Position numbers and translations under genes: made by a program. This document shows positions 50,457-63,831 of a stretch of DNA of 64,000 nucleotides, in pieces; position 1 is the stretch's first letter, and each line of letters opens with the position of its first letter. Source of the DNA: Magallana gigas (Eukaryota); NCBI RefSeq assembly GCF_963853765.1, contig NC_088854.1:15066001-15130000 (forward strand), written 5' to 3'. Below the pieces are notes generated by a model. It was not told where the DNA came from. It saw only the letters and a list, made by a program, of their open reading frames with translations, and did no database searches.

Positions 50457-51934
50457 CGGATGGCCAAATCAAGGAACGAAGAATGAGTTCTGGCGTTTAT
50501 TAAACAAAAATATATTGGAAGCCTTGTTTAAAACTAAAAATATTGTTCTCTTACTCATGTAAAGTATTACATTGTATTTATAATTGAAAATCATATAAAC
50601 ATATATATGGCTTTATTGGTTATTTTTCTATTGATCTGTCTATACAACATATTCGGGTAAAATTATAATTGCTGACTACTACATGTTTGTTTCGTTGACA
50701 AACGTATGTGCCAATCAAGTTCCCGTTTTGTTATTTAGAGTTTATGTAGGCAGATCGAGAATGTTTTACTATGCCTGTTGTGTATTTTTCACACCACTGT
50801 GATACATGATACATATCATATGTATCGGAACATCACATACATAAACATTATTGTAATTTTTACAATTCTTTTTGCAGGTCTTGATTTTCTTTTGTTCAGT
50901 GATCATGATTTATAGATCGTGATTATGATTTAAAAAAAACCAATGCAGTTTGATACATGGTTGTGTAACTCGTTTTCATGGCTCTTTGATATGTGATACA
51001 AAAATATGCCTATATCATATCATATCATATTAAATGTAATTTCAAAACACAAATAAAATATTGATATAAAAATAAGATACGTTTTGTCTTAATACCTGAA
51101 GAATGGTACCAGTATGGGATAAAAAATGGACATTCATATTTTCAAAATACATGTACGCTATGCCGCTGGCTTGACGACAGGTAAACAAGTGTAAAAGACG
51201 TTCACATGTACATGCATACACTGTCGGCTTTAAAGCCAAAAGTATCAGACAAGTTCGATATTGAATTTAATTTCATTTGCATAGTAGGAAGTAAAATTTA
51301 GAAATGAATACGTCAAAGATTTATGGCATCAGGGCCATGTATGGTTCTCTTTTGCGGGTTTTTAGAAGGTTAATTACATTAGTATGGTGGAAATCAAAAG
51401 CCTTATTTATGATGACGGAACTACATAAAACGTGTGTGATGGTTAATTATAGATATTTCCAGGATAAACGATTTTCATACGTTAGATCATGTATTTCTTT
51501 TTTTATCACTAGAAAACTTATACAAACATTACAAGACATACATACATATCCGAAGTATCCAGGCTTTTATAACGATTTTTTAAAATTATTTTACTTGCCA
51601 TGCAGTAAAATAAAATATCAAAATCGTTAAAAACAGTCCCGGAAAACGTCAGATATTTTGGACTACGTTGACACTGTCAGCCTGACAGTTTCTGCATTCC
51701 TTTGAATGGGAGGAGGAATCAAAATCAACATGGAGAAAAGTTGTGCAAAACAATGGCAACCTGACAATATGGTGTTTGAGCTGCATGTATTTAAATGGTT
51801 TCCGTTCTCAGGAAACTACAATATAGTAAAATGTCTGGTCTATTGGTTGGAGAACTGCGGGTAAAGCGGATCTACTTCTGATTATAATTTGTATAAACTA
51901 TAATAGTAAGACGACGTTTTCGATATAGAATTAA

Positions 51935-52565
51935 CAATAATAATAATAAATAACAATAATAATAATTTTTATAGCGCCCTATATAATAAAATTATCACTC
52001 TAAGGCGCTTTCCATAAAATGGACATTACAAAACATAGAATGCATAGCTATAAAACAAAAGGAAAAGTAAATAATATAGGCCGGCATATTACAATCATCT
52101 ATGGTTAACTATTGGATATAATAAAAATTTTGCGCACGCATTAATATTTATCTTGAAAATTAAACAAAAGCCAGTTAATAAAATAAGTTTTCAATTGTTT
52201 TTTAAAACATTGAACAGATTTGGCTTGACGGATACGCACTGGAAGGCTGTTCCATAAATAGGGAGCAGCATAGCTAAATTGTCTTTCACCATATGTTCCA
52301 GTGTGCACCCTAGGTAAAATCAGTGACAAGCTCCCGCCGGATCGTAGAGTCCGGTTTATTGTATGGATTGTAGCTAATTCCTGTAAGTATTCTGGAGCGA
52401 ATCCATGAATTGTCAAGTAGGTAAAAACAAGGATTTTATATTTCGGACGGAATTCTACCGGAAGCCAATGTAAGTCAGCAAGAATAGGGGTGATATGATC
52501 TCGTTTTCTTGTTTTGGTCACAAGTCGAGCTGCGGTATTTTGGATTTTTTGTAATATATCCATGG
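51935..52565 (-). mobile_element. 5'-truncated L2-type LINE 3' fragment
   Basis: LQKIQNTAARLV..DHITPILADLHWLPV..FSYAAPYLWNSLP..FKKQLKTYF, followed by a ..AGGGCGCTATAAAA(ATT)n tail. Confidence 0.9.
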
Positions 52566-53169
52566 AATATTTGTTTATGTTAAAAAGTAAACTATTTCCA
52601 TAGTCGAGCCTTGAAGTTACTAAGGAATTTACCAGTGTCTTACAAGCGTCTGTTGAGATAAATCCCCTGATTCTTTCAATGTTTGAAACTTTCTGAGATG
52701 ATAGTTACAAGTAAATGTAAAAAAATGCGCGACTTCACTTTTTTTACTTTAGCTGTCGTTTGTTAATGCCAAAGCTCGGGTAAATGAAAACACAGAATGT
52801 GTGTATAGGATAAAAAAAAAACTACTCACAACTCGATGATTGTATGAAAAAAAAATACTTTAAGCAAAGGCACTTGTTCTTAAGTTAAATTTTATCCAAT
52901 AAAATGATAATCACACTCTCAAATTTATCGCAATGTAACGTTAAGTGCCTTTGCAAAAAAATTGCAAAAAAAGTGAAGTTACGTTTTTCTTTCTATCGTC
53001 TCGGGATCGGCGAAATGGAGTTTCGAAGGCGGAAAATTCAAACTTCCAGTGGGAAAAAAATTGCTTTTTTGAGGTAAAATAATTTTTTCATAAGGTAACA
53101 TTATTACATAATTATGCAAATAATATGTAAATTAGAAGTTTGACATCATGAATAAATTATGCAAATTAA

Positions 53170-53288
53170 GGTCAACTCGAGGTCAGTCACGTGACACAGT
53201 ACGTCACTCCAGTTCTCCGCCATTTGCAGATCAAAATGGATCGGGTTTGATATATTGGACAGACAACAATTTTATATGATCTTCAGAG
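53170..53288 (+). promoter_or_regulatory. Candidate ATRX promoter and non-coding first exon
   Basis: GTCACGTGAC E-box, ACGTCA CRE-like half site, CCGCCATTT YY1-like motif, and a strong donor GAG|GTAAGT at 53288/53289. The next coding exon begins exactly at an acceptor (CAG|ATG, 56113). Confidence 0.45.
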
Positions 53289-54369
53289 GTAAGTACATTT
53301 ACTTGTTTTTATGAATGATTTATCAAGCTTTTAACTCAAGACGAAGAACAATTTCAGGCTGTTCTTGCTGCATGCATGGGAAACCGTATTTAGCGCCATT
53401 TTGAGATAAACAGATACTCTCACGTTAATTTGATGATACAATGGAGGATATAATATAAAACTATCTAGAAAATATTTACGCAGTGTGTGTAACAATTTCA
53501 TTTTATCATTTATATCATGCAGTATCATCTTTGCAGTCGGGTTTAATGCCGGTGATTAGAGTAACGTCCCTTTGATTATTTACTTTCACATTGTCGTAAC
53601 ACTAAAACATAAATATGTAGGTATTGTTTATTTCAATCATATCAGTTGCAGAATGCGAAATGAAAGCCCATAGTTTACACATGCGACTTTTCTGAATTGG
53701 TTTAAATGGCAAGGTTATTAATTTAGTGTACCGTCTCAATTTCTGAAGTCTTAATAGATGATCGAGGATGATCTTAGTTTGAAGTCTAATTTTCATAAAA
53801 TCTGTGTTCAGTGTTTCTACATAATATGCTTTATGTGGCGACCGTTGGGGCAAGCACAGCATGAACACGGGTTGTTGATAAGAAATTAAAGCATGGTTTA
53901 CCAAATGGATGCATCAATGTGAATAAGAATAAAATATTTTACCCTCCAGTATCTCCCGAATAGTACCAAAGCCAGTAACAACAATCAAAATTTCACTATC
54001 AGATTTATTGGAAACATGCAGTTGGATCCGCCTATCTATTTATTCAGGCTCCAGGATCATGAAGCAATCTTAAAGACTTGATGTCAAAAATTGTACACAG
54101 TGTCTTAATGTCTCTTGAGAAAATGCAAATACTGGCAAAATTGAAATGCTTTTAAAAGTGTCTCGATATAAAGTTGTTTATTACAAATTTCAATCGTCAT
54201 ACCGTATTATGATAAACAGTAATTTTTTAACTGACTGAAATTTTGATCCAAGTCTGAAATTGCTTCATGATTCTGATCGAGGCTAAATCTACACATTCTG
54301 ACGTCATGTTAGTGCACGATAATAAAGCAGACCTCATTCAACAATTTCTGTGAAAGTAACTATGGTAAC

Positions 54370-54499
54370 AATGCTCTGAACAATATGCAAAGAAAATTGT
54401 TAAGAACAATAATAATGCTCTGAACAATATGCTAAGAAAATTGTGAAGAACAGCAATAATGCTCTGAACAATATGCAAAAAAAATTTGTGAAGAACAAC
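54370..54499 (+). repeat. Minisatellite, 3 x 44 bp
   Basis: AATGCTCTGAACAATATGC.. units start at 54370, 54414 and 54458. Confidence 0.9.
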
Positions 54500-55131
54500 T
54501 AGTACGTTGTAAACCATTTTTTAGAATCAGCAGAATGTTCTATTCATCTTTTAAATAAAATGTATGACATTCTTAAAGTGCATTTTACATGTTCTCACTC
54601 TCACATTGGTAGGCATTTGAAATTTCTCTTTGCCCAAGTGTTGTCGTTGGAGCTTGCAGTGATTGCTGGTGCTTTGTGCCGGCGAGCTATGCTTGCTGTT
54701 ACAAAGTAAACTGACTAAAGCATTGAATGACATTGTCACATGCCATTGCTATTCAACAAACCCAAGTATCAATGAGTTCAGGATGTTTTTCTGTTACACA
54801 GTATGATAAATTTAAAAAGCAATAAATGGAGAAATGTTCAAGTGTTGATTAAAAAAACCAACATTTTATTCTCATTGAACACTCTTTATGTTGGAAGCTA
54901 CACTTTACAGAATTTCTCGTAAATAGTCATACCCCTTTGTCATGTAAGTTAGAAACACCAAACAAATGAAATGTGTGGCTTAATTAACTTGCTAGATTTC
55001 AATGGCTGCTTTATCAGCCTTCATCTCTAGCCAGGTGCTTCAGCCTTCTGGTATTCAGATTAGCATCAAACATTTATATAAGGATTAAGGAAGTTAAAGA
55101 TTTTTATATGTACATGTACCCCTTCATTTAA

Positions 55132-55746
55132 AGCTGCTTGGTCCGATTTATTTGTTATTACAGTATCAAAATTTTTTCCATACAAACCATTTATCGTAGA
55201 AAGTTATGGACTTTCTCTTATTTACACCAGCAGAATCAGTCTCCTTTCAAAGTTAGAAATATTCAAAGTAAATAAAAATAATTTCTTTTTGGGCAAACGA
55301 AAAAACAAACCAAAATGCATCACAGGAATGTTTAGAAAAAGAAACAGTTTGGTTTCGTCTCTCGAATGATTGAGATCATTCAACCCGCATGCTATGCATC
55401 AATTGTAAAGAAAGCAAACTTCAGAAATATTAGCGAACAAAACGTACACTTGTTTATTTGTAATTTGTCTGATCATTTCGACCTTTATTCAAAGCGATGA
55501 CAAAGTCGTAATACAGCCATACCCGTCTCCTCGTCAGGGGTGAAATTTAACATGAGGCGAAATAAAGCAGTACTCTTTTATGTCGTTTGTTTTGTTAGCA
55601 AATTTTGTAGGTATTTTTCTTCATTGAAATTTGGCTTAATTGACTGGGAAAACTACTGCAATGTCTATTATTATAATACATATACTTAGCATAACCATCG
55701 TTTAAAAGCGTGCATAAAATTTGATATAAAATCGGACCACGCAGCT
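55132..55746. mobile_element. TTAA-target MITE (Kolobok-like)
   Basis: TIRs AGCTGCTTGGTCCGATTT / AGCTGCGTGGTCCGATTT, with TTAA at 55128-55131 and 55747-55750. Confidence 0.85.
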
Positions 55747-56112
55747 TTAACTTGGACTCAGCTCAGTAACAAGCCACTTGCATTTTCAAGCAAGATGGAA
55801 ACAATAACCTTATCCATGGTAGATCAATTAGATCAGCCCAGATAGATGTAGCTGCAGGTCTGTAGCTCTTGGTCTGAAAAATTTTGAATGGACTACCTGG
55901 TACCTACAGTTCCTAAAGTGTTAAAAATTTGCAATTTATGGCACACACACTTAATACGCTAGTTTTAGTTTTTAGATCGATTAAATGTATTTCCACATAA
56001 GTGCCGTGGAAAAAATTAGTTCCATTAAATTTTTCCACCAATGTACTACTTCAAGCTTTTGAATCTTATGCTCAGTGTTCTGTTTCTTTCAATATATTTC
56101 AATATTTTACAG

Positions 56113-59100
56113 ATGGCTTCCAAAAGGTAATTTAGTATTCACATTATTACATATTCGTATTATTACATTATCTTAATTTACAGTTTCATTAAAGTTAGCT
56201 AAAAGATCAATATGAACTATAAAACTCAAAAGCCACATGTTTTTAAAAATATTTCAATTTCATTGGTGGTCACTTTCAAAGTAGAACAACCCAAAATAGT
56301 GAAATGAATGGTTATTTTTGTTGGTAAATGTATTAATTTTGTAGTGTCGAAAGATTAACTGTGTTTCAAATGTTTTTAAGGAAAGCTGCAAGTACTAAGG
56401 GAGCTGAATCAGACGAAGAAGCAAATGGTGTTGATAATTCAGATGCGGACCTGGATTCCTTGCCAGAAGGTTGGAATAAAAATATCCTCTTCAATTGAAA
56501 TGATAATCTAATGGCAGTGTCTGTATATTTCTAACATTTTTGTTATGCTAAAACACTTGCATGAGACTACAATTATTTTTATTTTAACATCAATTAAAAC
56601 ACTTTCAGTTGTTTGTGAACAGCAATAAAACCAGATAGTACATTTGTAAACAAAGAGTGAAAATAGATTTTAAAAGTCTTGATAAAATTTTTAAAATAGA
56701 CTTGAATGTAAGAATAATTGAACACATCGGTGAAGACTACTGATGAATGCTAATGTATGTAGGGTAATGAGTACAATATGATGCAATTCTTCATTTCTTA
56801 AGGTACAGTTGTTGTGCATCCTGAACCAGTAAAAAAGAAAGGATCATTCAGAGGACCCGAATTTCAATCAAAGAAAAAAGAAAAGAGAGACTCAAATACA
56901 GGTTGATTGTTGTTTATATTAGAAACATTTAGTGAAGGATTTCCATCTGACATGTATAAATAAGATAAAAGTATTGACTACTGTAGCTCTAGGTCTAGCT
57001 CCTGGTCTGAAAAAATTCAGATGGATGACCTGGGGGCTGCAGTTCCATACATGTTAAAATGTTGCAATTTACATCGCACAAAAAAATTGTCCTACTTTTG
57101 GATTGATTGATGTTTTTTTCGAACACAATCTATACAAATATTCAATTCCCCAAAATTCCTGGGACATTTTACTACAGATATCCTCACTTTACCTGCCTCT
57201 GGTATTTTTTTTAAGTGAAAAGACTCAATTGCTAAAATTAATCCCCACAAATTAGTTCATCACTGATGTATTGTGATTTTAAGTCGGCTCACTTTTAAAC
57301 GTTGGTTTACACCACATGTGCATTTTCTTGGGGTTATATATTATATTGGATCTAAGAATCTAATGAATATGTCTAGATGCACAAGAAATACTTTTTTATT
57401 AAATACATGCACCAATCATTAATAGCTATTTATTAAAACAAACTCTAGAAACTTGAAAATAATAATAAAAAAAATAAATAAATAAATGTACACACATGTA
57501 GATTTATACCAATATTTGTATTTCTCGGAGAAGAATATAAATTCTATTCATTTTATACAACTTATAATTCTTCCAGATTAAAAATATTGATAAACTTTAT
57601 AGATTTCAGTTCTGGAAGTTTAGGTAGAGTGTCCTGTACAGCATGCGGAGAACAAATTAACATCCATAAGACTGGCAGTGTCAGAAAGCACCCGGAGCTT
57701 AGGGTCTTGGTCTGTAAGGTCAGTGACCAATTGTAACTTGTTTGTTAAATACAAGTAGATTAGAGCTTATTTATATAATATACATGTAAATGGAAGTTTT
57801 TAGGAGTAGAAGATATGCAATCTAAATAAAATTTACTTTCACATGCAGTATTATGGTTTGTGCTATAAATGTACCTACATGTACATAGTATTGAAGTGTT
57901 TTGGGTGCAAAAAGGAAAATTGAATTCTGTTTTATATTGAAATAAATACACATATCTTGTTTGTGTTATTCAACTGCAGGAATTGTACTGAACTTTTTCA
58001 GAGTTGCCACAAGTACCACACCAGTGGTCCTATATCTCGGGATGCGGATGGTCTAGATGAACAGTGTAGATGGTGCAGTGAAGGGGGAAAGCTGTTTGGC
58101 TGTGATTTCTGTCACAATGCATTCTGCAAAACTTGTATCATAAGGAACTTGGGAAGATCTGAAATCAGCAACGTGACAGAGGATGGTATTGTTATTATTC
58201 AAAATGCATATTTTATTTCAATCCTTATGAACTATTTTTATCATACATATTTATCAAAGTCCATCAAATGATAACCAAGAACTATAAAGTTTACGAAGTA
58301 TTCATTCTCCTAACATTTACTAATTATAATTACAGTAATGTACATTGAATATATTTTTTCAAGGAAAAGAGTGGAAGTGTTATGTATGTGATAATACTCT
58401 TCTGAAACCTCTGCGGGCAGAGTGTAGGAAAGTCCTAGATCACATTGAGGCAGAGAACCAAAAGGTTAAAGAGAAAGCCAAGACCCCAACCAATGCCACA
58501 CCTAAATCAAGCAATCCCAAGGAGTCCAATGATTCCAAAAAAGCTGCAGCTGAAAAACAGCAAGACAACAAACCTAAAGAAGGCAAACAGTTGTTGAAGG
58601 TACTAACGAGTAGCAATCCATCCTCTAGATCCTCCTCTCCCAGCGAGTTCCAGAAAGCCATTGTTACCAAGCCCCATGCTGGCACTACAATCAATACAGA
58701 GAAAGTTGTAATAGATCCCAAGACTGGTAATACAACTAAGTTTGAGATGGTATATCCGAATGCCAATATTGTACAAACACAATATAAGCCTCCCTTAAGA
58801 CCAACTATAGGTAGTACTACAACAGAGAGTGGTTTGTCCCTTTCGTTTACTGGACTCTTGCCAGGAAATATCCACAGTATCATCTCAAATTTGTTATCTA
58901 TGACAGACAATCTACAAGAGCTCTTGAAAAATATTCAAGAAAATGTTATACCCGAGTCTAATTTAGATAAACTTCCTTTTGAGATTTCTCTTAGGTCTTT
59001 AAGTAAAGAGCAACTGCAGGCAAGGTTGACTGCTGCAAATCTAGTGAAAAGTGGTGTAAACTTGTTTTTACAAGAAATGGCAATGAAAACTTCTGCAGCA

Positions 59101-61088
59101 GGAGTAAAAGCTATGAATCTTAGCCAACAAGGATCTCAGCCCAAAATGACCTCTTTGCTAGCTGGAAAGCCTTTGGACAGAAATGGTGGTGCTATGACGA
59201 TAGATACTCCTCAAAAATTTGATAAACCGGGTGGTGCCAACTCTCCTTTAGTGACAAGTACTCCAAAACCTAAGTCCGCTGAGGATGATTCTGAGGTTTT
59301 AGTGCTCAGTTCATCTCCCGAGAAGAGTGTTTCTCAAAAATCTGACATTTGCTCTGAATCACAGGATGATGGTGATGACACAATGGTGAACGAGAATGAA
59401 ATAGCTGAAAAGGAGCTTTTGAAGGATGCAGCAGAGGAATTGGGAAGTGAAGATGATGATTCAGATAGTCAAAACAATGTATCCACAGGAAAGACGGAAC
59501 TAAAAGGAAAGGGGAAATTAGTTGTTAAATTAGTGGACATATCAAATTCTACAGAGAAAGACCAAGAAAAGGCATCAAGTGTAACCTCAACCACAAATGA
59601 AGACAGTGATAATTCACGGAAAAGAACCAGAAATAAAACAAGAGATGAAACAAATGAGAAAGACAAGGAATGCAAACCAGTGAGGAAAACTAGAAGTCAG
59701 TCCCAGGATAATGATAGTGATTCAGACCAAAGCCAATCCAGAAGTCAAGGGTCTGACAGAGCAGCACAGAAAGGAAACAAATCCAATACAACCAGTCAAA
59801 ATGACAAAAAAGCCTCTAAAACAAACAGCAAGGGAAAGTCTGAAAGCAAAGGAAAACCTAAAGAAAGTGATGATATGGAAGAGGATAGTAGTGAAAAAGA
59901 GGGAAAGTCCAGCAAAAACTTTGCTGATAAAAAGATTGAGAAGGCAGCCAAAAAATTAGAGAAGAATGAAAATATAAAGACTAGTGTAAATACTAAGTCA
60001 GCGGATGATGATTCAAGTCATTCTACAGAGGATAGTGATGACCCAAAGGAAGAGATTGATGATGAAACTGATACTACTGAGGATGAAGACTTTGAAGAGT
60101 CAAAGTCCCGACGATCTTCAAAAAGAAAGTCAGGTACTCTGCCAAAAGTTAATATTGTGTGTTGTCCATTTGTTACACTTTTCATGAACTTGATAGAGTA
60201 AAATTAAAATCTATTCTAAAACTTATATTTACTAATACAGTTGAACTTTGATATCTCAAACACTGATATCTCGAATATAATGGATAAGTCGAAGTAATAT
60301 GTAAGTCCCAACCCCCTTTTTTTGGGAGTTGATTTTAATCAACTCTCCTATGCAGTTACTCAGACAAACCGAAAGTGAAACAGTGTTTGGACCTCAGCAC
60401 AAATCATTCCTGCTGATAAGACTTAGTTCTTGAAAATATTTGATGAATTCGATGTAATGTATGCTACAGGATTGTTTTTCAAGGAAACTTATTTATAAAT
60501 ACCTTGAAAATAGTCAGATTTTAAATGGTACCAACAATTTGAATATTTTTTGTAGTCGTATGTATTCCTACGCCAGAGTTAAATATAGTCGCGTTCAACT
60601 CGATGCTCGGCTGTCTCCGTAAATCCTTGTCGGAGATTTACGGTGTCAGCCGAGCGTTTGGTTGAACGAGACTAGAGTTCAATATTGCTTGGATCCATAC
60701 AATTTTCGAGAAATATTTCTATCACTAATACTATGATACATAGTTTGAATGAATTAATTTTATCTTACAATATTATTTAACATTATTCATACGGGGGTTT
60801 CTCGACATTCTTATCGAAAAAGTCCAAAAATTCATATTATAAAAATGTACCTTCTTCAAATTAGAAAATACATGTACTTGTCATGCAAAATAACATATCA
60901 TTGATTTTAAAATAAATAAACATCGACAAAATCAACTCCCGTCAGTTCTTCAGTACTTTGATTTTTATAGGTATTTTACTCTCAATATCTCGAATACTCG
61001 GATATAAGTTTTTTTAACACTTTCATCTAGTTTAAGATCACGAAGTTTGACTGTAAGTTATCATTTTGATCTTGCACTGAAAAAGCTA

Positions 61089-61138
<50 letters not shown>

Positions 61139-63831
61139 TTTTTGTCTAGCGTCTGTCTGTCTGTCTGATATTTTTCAGAAATCTTCTTCTCAAAAACCAT
61201 TTGGCCAGAAAAGCTGAAACTTGTGTGGAAGTATCCTCAGTTAGTGTAGATTCAAGTTTGTTCAAATCATGGTCCCCTGGGTAAGATGTGGCCACAATGG
61301 GGAGGTCGAAGTTTTACATAAGAATTTAAAGAGATAAAGTTTTAAAATTTACTTTTTAAAAACCAATAGGACAGAAAAGCTGAAATTTGTGTGGAAGCAT
61401 CCTCAGATAGTGTATATTCAAGTTTGTTCAAACCATGGTCCCCAGGGGTAAGATGTGGCCACAATGGGGGAAGGGGGGGGGGTAAACTTTACATAAGGGT
61501 TTATAGCATTAAACTTTAAAAATTTACTTCTCAAAAACCAATAGGACAGAAAAGCTGAAAGTTATGTGGAAGCATCCTCAGATAGTGTTGATTCAAGTTT
61601 GTTCAAATCATGGCCTCGGGGTAAGGTAGGGCAACAATGGGGGGTCGAAGTTTTACATGGAAATACATAGAGTTAATCTTTGAAAATCTTCTACTAAAAA
61701 ACCATTAGGCCAGAAAAGCTAAAACTTGCAAGGAAGCATCCTCAAATAGTGCAGATTCAAGGTTACCCAAATAATGGTCCCTGGGGGTAAGGTGGGGACA
61801 CAATGGGGGGGGGGGGTCAACTTTTTACATAGGAATATAAAGAGAAATTTTATTTTAAATCTTCTACTTGGAACACGACTGGCCAGAAAAGCTGTAACTT
61901 GTGTTAAGTATCATCAGGTAGGGTAGATTTAAGTTTGGTCAAATTTTGATCTCAGGGGTTAGGATAGGGGCATAATGGGGACTGGTTAAATCTTTACAAA
62001 GGAATATATTGAGAATTTTTATTTTTTTTTAAACTTTTCCTTACAAAAAGGTGCAACATTAGTGAAAGCAACCTTAGATAGTGTAGATTCAAATTTGTCA
62101 AAATCATATTTTTCAGGACTAGGATGGAGCCACATGGGGTGAGGGGTCCAAATTTACATTTTAAATTCACCAAAACTCAAATGTTATGATATATGGTTTT
62201 ACTTATATGCAAGTATTTTGACATATTTTTGATTCTTTGAAATTGTTTGGACTTTGACTTTTGGACAATTCTTGGGCTTCACAAGTTTGATGTAGGTTTA
62301 TATCCCATTTGATTTAAATCTTCTTGAGAACTGTAATGCTCAATATGTAAAATGACTATACTGTGACAAAAAGGGATCAATGATGAACAGAATATCCAGG
62401 AAAAAAATTGATTTTTTAAACTACAGGATCTGTTAGACTACATTGTCCATAATTATTTTGGGGTATATTACTCCGTAAAGCTGATTTTATAATGTCTACT
62501 GTTGCTCAGATGAGCGATGTGGCCCATGAGCCTCTTGTATTTGGTTACCAGGGATATGATTTATAAATATGTATATGATGTGATATACTATACATTCACA
62601 GTAACAATGCATTTGTATTGTTGAATAGTTTCCAAGAAAAAAGAAACCGAAAAGAAGAAAAGGGATGATGAATCCTCTGACTTTGATTCAGACCTGGAAA
62701 AAGACATTGACAAATTATCCAAGACTCCTGTTAAGTCTTCAAAGTCAAGATCAACCAGAAGCAGTGCCAAAATAAACAATTCCTCAAAGAAATCAGAAAC
62801 ATCTGGTAGTCTATCATAAGTTTAATATAACTAATAATTATTTATAATCCAAATTACTATCTTTTATAATACATAGATACCATGTATTTCTAAAGTGAAT
62901 TGTATTGAAATTTGATATGTTGTTTTTGCTGAAGGTAAAAAGGAGAAATCCGGCAAAAAGAAGGCTGCATCTGGAGAAGAGAGTCCTTCAGATGATTCTA
63001 CAGAGGAAGATTCAGACAACACAGAAGTCGAGGACCCAGAGGGGGAAATTGATATGGTGATATACACATTTGTATCAAACATAAAATAAATTTTTTACAT
63101 ATGAGAACAAAGTTGCATTTAGTTTGAGATAAGTTATTTTAACTTGGTATTAAGTTCAAAATTGAATTAATCAGGCCACACTCTGAGGAATCATGTTAGG
63201 AAAATAACATACCAGGATTTATTAATAATTATGGGTATCAATTTTTAGGGGGAAAAAAATAAGATTAAGATCTTAAAAGTTGATTTCTTTGACAAAATAC
63301 TAATGAATATTGGTGTCATTCCTATGTTAAAGAACATTTGGAATCATGGATCAGCTTGACAACATTATTTACGAAAAATAGTGTTTTAAGAAAATGATGA
63401 TACAACAGTATATTGCTTATCTTAATTATTCAATTTATTTTAAAGGATTGCTCAGAAAATGCGAAAGCTAAAAAGGAGTTGCTAAAGGAAATGGAAGAAG
63501 AAATGAGTGGCGAGGAAGAAGATGTCCAAGACAGCAGTGACTCAGGTCTTTAAAATGTGCTATAAGTTAATTCTTAACAGAATTTAATAGAACATAGTGT
63601 GTTATTGCTATTTACACAATTGAAAAAAGTGAATAAAAAGTTTTTCTTTACAGAGGTCGTAATTTCACCAAAAAAGAAGAAAATTGCTGCCAAAAAATCA
63701 AAAGGAAAACTGTCCATTGACTCTGATAGTGTAACGGAGGAAGATGTGCCTAAAAGGAAGAAGAAGCGAGATGAGTTGTTGGATGCCTCACTCTCAAGCA
63801 GTGACTCTGATGTTCTGCCTAAAATCAAGCG
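56113..63831 (+). CDS. ATRX: Transcriptional regulator ATRX, 5' part (ADD domain plus acidic/basic low-complexity region); gene continues beyond the window
   Basis: Exons 56113-56126, 56381-56469, 56803-56901, 57603-57718, 58002-58185, 58364-60133, 62629-62805, 62935-63056, 63446-63545, 63654-63831. SLPEGTVVVHPEP, FRGPEF, VSCTACGEQ, HPELRVLVCK, SRDADGLDEQCRWCSEGG..CDFCHNAFCKTCIIRNLGR, WKCYVC. Confidence 0.93.
60238..61053. mobile_element. Degenerate pogo/Tigger-like MITE
   Basis: TA-flanked imperfect TIRs CAGTTGAACTTTGATATCT / CAGTCAAACTTCGTGATCT, with internal GATATCTCGAA repeats. Confidence 0.65.
61095..62538 (+). mobile_element. Non-autonomous Helentron-like element with about 5-6 Cg170-like monomers
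   Basis: Same termini as the other two copies, a (GTCT)n tract, and monomers recurring near 61201, 61369, 61543, 61708 and 61881. Confidence 0.82.

Noticed and set aside
56982-57045. Box C/D snoRNA interpretation (CTGA and TGGATGA present)
   Set aside because: There is no 5' C box or terminal D box in the right arrangement, and the putative guide matches rRNA only imperfectly from memory.
58440-60187. Alternative-frame and antisense ORFs within the large ATRX exon
   Set aside because: They are by-products of the low-complexity coding sequence.
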